From positions 1,619,761 through 1,677,277 of the forward strand of contig NC_057719.1 in the NCBI RefSeq assembly GCF_004010195.1: a DNA stretch of 57,517 nucleotides, written 5' to 3'. This stretch comes from Chiloscyllium plagiosum (taxonomy: Eukaryota). A model generated the notes under the pieces. It did no database searches and was not told where the DNA came from. It saw only the letters and a list, made by a program, of their open reading frames with translations. This document shows positions 50,414 to 57,517 of this stretch, in pieces. Numbering within the stretch: the first letter of the stretch is position 1; every line of letters starts with the position of its first letter. The translations under genes were made by a program, and so were the position numbers.

Positions 50414-52497
50414 GGAGGAGGAATGGACCCGATGGCCCCCTGAGTTTGTTCTGCCATTCAGTAACTTCATGCCAAAGATTCACAACTCTGAGCAAAAAAG
50501 AAAACCTTCATTGTAATCCTAAATGATTGATCCTTTATTGTGAGACAGTGACCCTATGTTCTTGATTCCAAGGGAAACGTGTGTATACCCTGTCAAGTCC
50601 CTTCACAATCTTAATGTTTCCACAGTTGGCTTTGATTCTGTAACCCTTGTACCTTTGTTCAATAGAACATATCATTCTCAACTGGCTACTATACACAGCC
50701 AGAAGTTGGTACTGAGCTAGGCAGATGAGGACAGTCCTGGGTTTGAACTCTGAACTTGTCTGGTTAAATTACCTACTTTCTGCCTTGGTTAAAAACAGTT
50801 TGATTACGATACTTGGTTATTTTGTTGTTACGAGAGAAATCGAGTCTGCATATTGTTTTAATCTGAGTTAGACTGTAGGGTAGTAATAGGCTATTCTGCA
50901 ATTTAGTACACTATTCAAATTTATGATGAGGCAGGGAATAGTGTGGCTTGATTTAAAGGGCGCTATCCCCAATGAGTCACGAAATCCTCAACCAATTTTA
51001 AAATTTACTTTGTGGAAGTGTGCTTTGCACAGATTGATTGCAGCTTTTGCCACATTATAGCAATGCATGCATTTTGAAGTACTTCTTTGTCTGTAGAGTA
51101 CATTGTCAAAGAGTGCATTAGGAGACCTTGAAAGACAGTGCGTTAGATGAATGCAAATTAGTTGTTAAAGCTTTCTTGTCTGCTATCTGTAGACCGTTAA
51201 ACTTTACTGATAAAGTCCTGGGTAGTTGAAATGCTTTGAGCTTGGTTGCAAGTGATGTACAGAGGCCAGTGACATCCGAATGGACAGAGCTGCAAGGCCA
51301 GTCACTGTGCAAATGATATTGCCAGTGTTGAACCAATGCTGTCTCCCAGAAAGTGAAGCTCCCAGAAATATTCTGCAATGAAGATGGTTAGGTATTTACC
51401 CAACTAAAAGTCCCCACATCGGCATCCTTCCTCATCCCTCCCTCTGTTCACCAGCTTTGCAATAATACTTTCAAGGTCAATTGGATGATGAGAGACAGGC
51501 TTTATTATATCGCTGGAAAACGTTGTGCAATGACAGCTCCAATTATTGGTTCTGAAAAGCTGGATGGAAGAAAGCTGGAGAAAAAAGAGGATTTCTGCGA
51601 TCCTGCCAGTTTGCGATTTTTGAGAAGGTTTGTTGCTCAGGTTGAGGTTCAGGTTGGAAGGTTGCTCACTGAGCTGGAAGATTTGTTTTCAGACGTTTCA
51701 TCACTATGCTAGGTAACATTATCAGTGAGCCTCCGGCGAAACTTCACTAGCATGGTGCCAAAACATCTGAAAACAAACCTGCCAGCTCAGCGAGCAAACT
51801 TACAACTTGAATCCTGCCAGTTCCTGCAGAGTGTGCAACATTCCTGTTTGAATTAACGCTTCCATTTCATCCGACCCATTTCTGTGGGCTAGTTATCAGT
51901 CTGCTTTCAGGCTTCCCTTGTATTGTTGGGGAACAGCTGAAGTAGCAGCTTCTGTATGGTGATAACCCTGCTCCATTTCACTTTTAATCCTCTCGTTAAA
52001 TGCTTACTGATGGCAGCTCCTCCACACAGGAAAGGAAGAATGTGGGATCAGAAGGAGGTCATTCAGCCCATCAAGCCTATTCTGCTTCTCAAGATTTTGA
52101 TTGATCTTTAACTTAACTCTTAAGCTGTATGAAAAGATAAGAAATAGGAGCAGGAATAGACCCCTTGGTCCCCTGAGCTTGTTCTGCCATTCAGTACTTC
52201 ATGCCAAAGATTCACAACTCTGAGCGAAAAAGAAGCTTTAAATGATCATTCCTTTATTGTAAGACAGTGACCCTATGTTCTTGATTCCAAGGGAAATGTG
52301 TGTGTTTACCCTGTCAAGTCCCTTCACAATCTTGTATGTTTCCACACTTGGCTTTGACTCTGTAACCCTTGTACCTTTGTTATCATTCTCAGCTGGCTAA
52401 CCCAATTGGCTTGATGTCGATACACAGCCAGACGTTGGGCTGGGCTAGGCAAATGAGGACAGTCCTGGGTTTGAGCCCTGAACTTGTCTGGTTAAAT
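50414..52497 (+). repeat. Local direct duplication of ~350 bp (50414-50769 and 52147-52497)
   Basis: Both copies share the same composite order: CR1 tail piece with the same internal deletions, unique spacer (ttggctttga.tctgtaacccttgtacctttgtt), and SINE-like head ending gaacttgtctggttaaat. Confidence 0.85.
51612..51810. mobile_element. Inverted Penelope pLTR insertion (third family) with 12-bp TSD
   Basis: ATCCTGCCAGTT at 51600-51611 and 51811-51822; opposed arms (gctcactgagctggaag.tttgttttcagacgttt / aaacatctgaaaacaaacctgccagctcagcgagc). Degenerate minus-strand hammerhead cactgataatgttacc..agtgatgaaacgtctg. Confidence 0.75.
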
Positions 52498-53050
52498 GAC
52501 CTTAGCAAAGCAGCAATTGAGATGCAAAATCCGAAATTGCTGGAAAAACCCAGCAGGTCAAGCAACATCTGTGGAAAGAAAGCAGAGTTAACATTTCAGA
52601 TCCAATGACCAGTGTAAGGTGCATGGGGATTAATATTAAGTTGGGCTATCGGTTGCAGCTTGTCTGTGACGCTCACCAGGATTGAATGTCCAGCTGGCAC
52701 AGGTTGCTTACGTACACAGAGATAAAGGACATTTTAATGAGGTGCTGCTGGGTTGCTTGTGTTCATGGAGGCCTGTCCCAGTGAGAGCCCACATTTCCAG
52801 GGAAGGAAATAGAAATAGTAGGTGGCTCTATAGAAGGTACGGAAAATCATTCTCACTTCTGTTGAGACCTGTACTTGGATGAAGTGAGTTCCTGTGGCTG
52901 TAGGGTGTGAACTGTATTGTGTCCATTCAGTAAAATGCCACAGATTTGATTCTTCATTAGGCTGTTAATGAATTGTGACTGTCTGTCTGTGACCAGTAGA
53001 GTCTCATTGTTCTGCAAGAGAGAAAACTGTTCGTTCTGTAACTGGGAGGT

Positions 53051-53270
53051 CTAGATCAGAGTGGTGCTAGAAAAGCACAGCAGGTCAGGTAGCATCCGAG
53101 GAGCAGGAAAATCAATGTTTCAGGCAAAAGCCCTGATGATTCCTGATGAAGGGCTTTTGCCTGAAACGTCTATTTTCCTGCTCCTCGGATGCTGCCTGAC
53201 CTGCTGTGCTTTTCCAGCACCATTCTAATGTAGACTCTGATCTCCAGCATCTGCAGTCCTCACTTTTGCC
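53051..53270. mobile_element. Inverted Penelope pLTR pair
   Basis: Arms ~53060-53133 and ~53151-53225 are reverse complements. Hammerhead CTGATGA-A-GGGC TTTT GCCT-GAAACGTC at 53143-53170. Imperfect TSD taactgg(g)agg. Confidence 0.82.
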
Positions 53271-55015
53271 TAACTGGAGGAGGTGCATTGCTATGATTTG
53301 TGTCCTGTCAGCATCTGTGGCTGTTAGTGTTTGTAAACTGCTCTACAGTTGGCATCTCTCTCAGAGCACCATCCATTTCAACAGTGGAATAGGGACGTAA
53401 ATACTGTTAGACCTGAGGAGTGTGGTCGTTTTGGGTTCCTATCAACCTCACTAGATTCCTTAATGCTGCTGCCTTTTCTATGACCCCCTCCATCAACAAC
53501 TTTTTTCCCAATTTTATCCCTTTCCCCTGTTCCGAGCAACAATAACTTAGATTTATATAGCACTTTCAGTGTGATAAAATATCTCATGGCACTTTGCAAA
53601 ATGTGACCACTGTGCCACATAAGGAGATGTTTGGTCAGAGAAGTAAAATTTTAAAGAATGTCTTCAAGGAGCGAGAGAGAGAGGGAAGTGAGTCAACCTA
53701 TGCAGAAAATTCCAGAGCCTGGGGTTCAGGAAGTCAAAACCATAGCCACCAGTGCTGGGATGATGTGCAAAAGGTCTGACATTCAAGGCAAGGAATACCG
53801 AAAGGGTGCAGCTATTTCTTTCATTCATAGAATGTGGGCATCTGACTGGGCAGCATTTATTCCACACCCCTAATTGCTCAGAGGACTGTTAAGAGTCAAA
53901 CACATTGCTGTAGGTCTGTAGTCCAGTTTAGGCCAAACCAGGTAAAGACAGCAGATTTCATTCCCTGAAGGATTTTGTTGAACCAAATGGAGTTTTTACA
54001 ACAATTGACAGTGGTTAGATGGTCATCCTTATATTAATGTTTTATTCCATATTTTTATGGCATTCGATATCTGCTGTGGGATTCAAACCCAAGTCCCCAG
54101 ACTATTAACATTGGCTCTTTCCTAGTAGCCCAGTGACAGTCCCCATTAGGGGAGGCAGTGACATAGTGTTTGATGCAAAGCTATGGAGAAATTTGAATAT
54201 GTGTAATTGAACTTTTCTAGATAGTGATGTCTCTGAACTGGTTGCTCTCACACAACAAGCTTGATGATGAATTTTAGCACGTGCTTTTGACCATCTTGGG
54301 AATCAGAGTTGAGTTAGATTCTATTGTTATGCACTGCATGGTTTCACTGGGGCCTAATTGTCTTCGTGTTTTGGCCATTTGCATGCTTTCAATAGGATTT
54401 TGCTGCAGGAATTGAGACTTTTTCCCTCTTCCCCATCATTAATTTGGTGACTCTGAGGCTATTAACAACTCTGGTATGGCCTGATCTATTGAGTGCATAA
54501 GCCCACGGCACTGTCAGGAGAAGTGCAGAACTTCATTTAATTATCTTTTGACCCCATTTAGACTATTCGCTACCCTGATAATTTATTCACAAATCGGATT
54601 ACCCTTTGGGTGACTTCTGGTTTGCTCCTGACTTCTTGATTTTTAATTTGTTCCCTTGGCATTTGTTCCTTTACCAAGGTTAGTGTTTTTCATATAGTAG
54701 TGATTCCTCTACCATTGTTAACTTTACATGTTATATCTGTTTGGTACTGTGCTGATCAGTAGATGTGCCACACAAGACTGGTGCCTGCCATGTATTTATA
54801 ACCTACCTGTTTCTGCACATTGTTAATCAGAGATTAGATTATAATATCAATTATTTAAGTTCTGGACGTCTTGAGTGTGGATATCTATTATAGCTTTCTG
54901 TGTGTGGGTATTGAACTATGGACAGCCATTGTGTGCATCCAGCTGCAGAATTCCTGTCAGCGGACATGCAACTGTAAAGGTGTGAGTCGGTGTTCAACCA
55001 CAGGCATTGGAGGGT

Positions 55016-55340
55016 GGACACGGTGGCACAGTGGCTCAATGGTTAGCACTGCTGCCTGACAGCACTAGGGCCTGGGTTCGATTCCCACCTCGGGCAACTG
55101 TCTGTGTGGAGTTTGCACATTCTACCCATGTCTTGTGTGGGTTTCCTCCCATAATCCAAAGACGTGCAGGTCAGGTGAATTGGCCAGGTTAAATTGCCCA
55201 TAGTGTTAGGCGCATTAGTCAGGGGTAAATACAGGGTAGGGGAATGGGTCTGGGTGGGTTACTGTTCAGAGGGTCAGTGTGGACTTGTTGGGCCAAAGGG
55301 CCTGTTTCCATACTGTAGGGAATCTGAACTAATCTAATCC
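55016..55340 (+). mobile_element. HE1-type V-SINE
   Basis: A box TGGCTCAATGG, B box GGTTCGATTCC 55075-55085, V-domain, (ctaat)n tail. Confidence 0.88.
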
Positions 55341-55459
55341 AACTGAGATTTGGTTCCTCCTTATTTCTGAATCCTCCTTTTGTCTAGAAAATGTCCAAGA
55401 TTGCTGAACTGCTCTCGCCTCTTAAGCATCCTGCATTTTAAATATTCTGCTGTGTAGAA

Positions 55460-56225
55460 AATTAGTAGGGAAGGGAATGTGTAACGTTACAAAGATAGAT
55501 TAAGTGAAAGAGCAAAAGTGTAGAAAATGGATTTCGGTTTTGGCAAATGTACAAGTTGGACAAAAATGGATAGACCTGGGTAATTTTTACATGAAATCCA
55601 GAAATAATAGAGAACTGAAGAAATTTGGGAGTGGAGTCCAGGTTTGTAGTATTAAAATATTTTGAACAGAATTAGAAAATAATCAATAAGGAAATAGAAT
55701 GCTGGCAGATGTATCTATAAGACTAAAACACAAAGTGATAGAAGTCACGCTTTAGATGTACATACCCCTGGTTAGACTACGTCTGGATTAATAGCATTCA
55801 GTTCTGGTCACTGCACCTAAGAAAGGATGTATTCAATTAGTGGCAAGTGCAGGGTAGATTTACCAGAATAATATCTGGAGTCAGAAACTAATATTGCATT
55901 CCCAGAATTGAGAAGGTTAAGGGGCACTTTTAGTTTCAAGATATTAAAGGGTTGACACCGAGAGAAACCATTTCTGCTGATTGGTGTTTCTAGGACAGTG
56001 AGGTAGAGTCTAAAATTTAGAGCCAGACCTTTCAGGAGTGAAATTAAGTTACACTTTTCATTCAAGTGGCAATTAATGCCAGATCATTTGTCAAACCCAA
56101 AACTGTGATTGATAGGTTTTTAAGTAAACAGAGGAGAAGTGGGGATATGGAATTAGGTCACAGATCAGCAATAATAAGCATTTAATGAACAAGCCCAAGG
56201 GGCTATAAACCTCCTCATGTTCTTA
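55460..56225 (+). mobile_element. Old CR1 3' fragment
   Basis: tacatacccctggttagactacgtctgga...cagttctggtcac; tctaggacagtgagg; CR1-like 3'UTR. Confidence 0.6.
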
Positions 56226-56675
56226 TATTTCTTTCTCCATTCTATCCTTATCTAGGTACTCCTTAATCTTTTTATGCCATTTGCGTCAATAATTCCTAGG
56301 GCTAATGAGTTGTACCAGAGAGTGGTGAGAATGTGCATCACTGCATCTATTTGTGGTTGAACTCTGTACCATTGAATCCATTTTCTCTACATCAGCCCAA
56401 AGCAAAGCGTCAGGTTTCTTGGGGGGGGGAGTGCCTCTGGAGAAAGCTCTGCTTGTTGCTTTCCTCCTCTATTTTACTTGATCTTTATATTAGAAAGCAT
56501 GCAATCAGGAATCTTCACATGGTCAGGAAGGAGGGATCGATTCTTGGAGTGAGACACAGCCCGAGGTAATTGGGGAAGGTTGGAGGTAATGTGGGAAGTC
56601 AGGGCAGAGAGGAGGAGGTGTTTTACATTGTGACTCATAGTTTGTCAGGTTTGATTAAAACAGGGCTGAATATGG

Positions 56676-57517
56676 GGTAAAAACAATGACAGCAGATGCT
56701 GGAAACCAGATTCTGGATTAGTGATGCTGGAAGAGCACCGCAGTTCAGGCAGCATCCCAGGAGCTTTGAAATCGACGTTTCGGTCAAAAGCCCTTCATCA
56801 GGAATAAAGGCAGTGAGCCTGAAGCGTGGAGAGATAAGTTAGAGGAGGGTGGGGGTGGGGAGAAAGTAGCATAGAGTACAATGGGTGAGTGGGGGAGGGG
56901 ATGAAGGTGATAGGTCAGGGAGGAGAGGGTGGAGTGGATAGGTGGAAAAGGAGCTGGGCAGGTAGGACAGTGCTGAGCTGGAAGTTTGGAACTAGGGTGA
57001 GGTGGGGGAAGGGGAAATGAGGAAACTGTTGAAGTCCACATTGATGCCCTGGATTTGAAGTGTTCCGAGGCGGAAGATGAGACGTTCTTCCTCCAGGCGT
57101 CTGGTGGTGAGGGAGCGGCGGTGAAGGAGGCCCAGGACCTCCATGTCCTCGGCAGAGTGGGAGGGGGAGTTGAAATGTTAGGCCAGAGGGCGGTGGGGTT
57201 GATTGGTGCGGGTATCCCGGAGATGTACTCTGAAGCGCTCTGCTGGGAGGCGTCCAGTCTCCCCAATGTAGAGGAGACCGCATCGGGAGCAACGGATACA
57301 ATATATGACATTGGTGGATGTGCAAGTAAAACTTTGGATGTGGAAGGTTCCTTTAGGGCCTTGGATAGAGGTGACGGAGGAGGTGTGGGCGCAGGTTTTA
57401 CAGTTCCTGCGGTGGCAGGGGAAAGTGCCAGGATGGGAGGGTGGGTTGTAGGGGGGCGTTAACCTGACCAGGTAGTCACAGAAGGAACGGTCTTTGCGGA
57501 AGGCGGAAAGGGGTGGG
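56676..57517 (-). mobile_element. Penelope-like element (Neptune-type): GIY-YIG endonuclease region, 3'UTR and hammerhead pLTR; continues off the right edge
   Basis: One minus frame reads PGTFPCHRRNCKTCAH...FTCTSTNVIYCIRCSRCGLLYIGETGR..ERFRVHL...*HFNSPSH...RRLEEERLIFRLGTL..GIN, with a single stop at 57178-57180. The C-x4-C-x2-C linker is Neptune-like. Hammerhead motif at 56770-56805. Confidence 0.9.

Noticed and set aside
54213..54265. Acceptor-like ttttctag followed by DSDVSELVALTQQA*, a candidate next BRF1 exon
   Set aside because: Does not match the conserved GDGELDLSGIDD.EID motif and hits a stop. No such exon was found in 44410-57517.

Overview
Eukaryotic, repeat-rich vertebrate DNA. 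The repeat families (HE1-type V-SINEs, HER1/CR1 LINEs, SacSINE1-like DeuSINEs) point to a shark, probably an orectolobiform such as a bamboo shark (inference). The whole window lies inside one + strand gene, BRF1 (TFIIIB 90 kDa subunit) or a close paralog. Six GT-AG coding exons are visible (19763-19912, 24901-24994, 38759-38885, 40900-40939, 41155-41247, 44122-44409). They splice in frame to [11 protein letters not shown]...LGPLPTAASLGLKESIEECI and correspond to human exons ~6-11; the 5' and 3' exons are outside the window. The introns are mostly decayed retroelements: an antisense L1 5' end with YY1 site and disrupted ORF1, many nested CR1/HER1, Rex1/Babar, RTE and L2 fragments, SINEs, and a Neptune-like Penelope element with a GIY-YIG domain at the right edge. 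The most unusual signal is a set of short (140-230 bp) Penelope pLTR-only insertions from at least four families. Many are inverted-repeat hairpins, four have clean 11-15 bp target-site duplications, and several carry minimal hammerhead ribozyme cores (CUGANGA-stem-GAAAC/GUC), two of them near intact on the BRF1 sense strand. Nearly all ORF-track entries are TE-derived or spurious. Repeat boundaries are estimated by eye, and comparisons with human BRF1 and repeat consensuses are from memory, not from searches.
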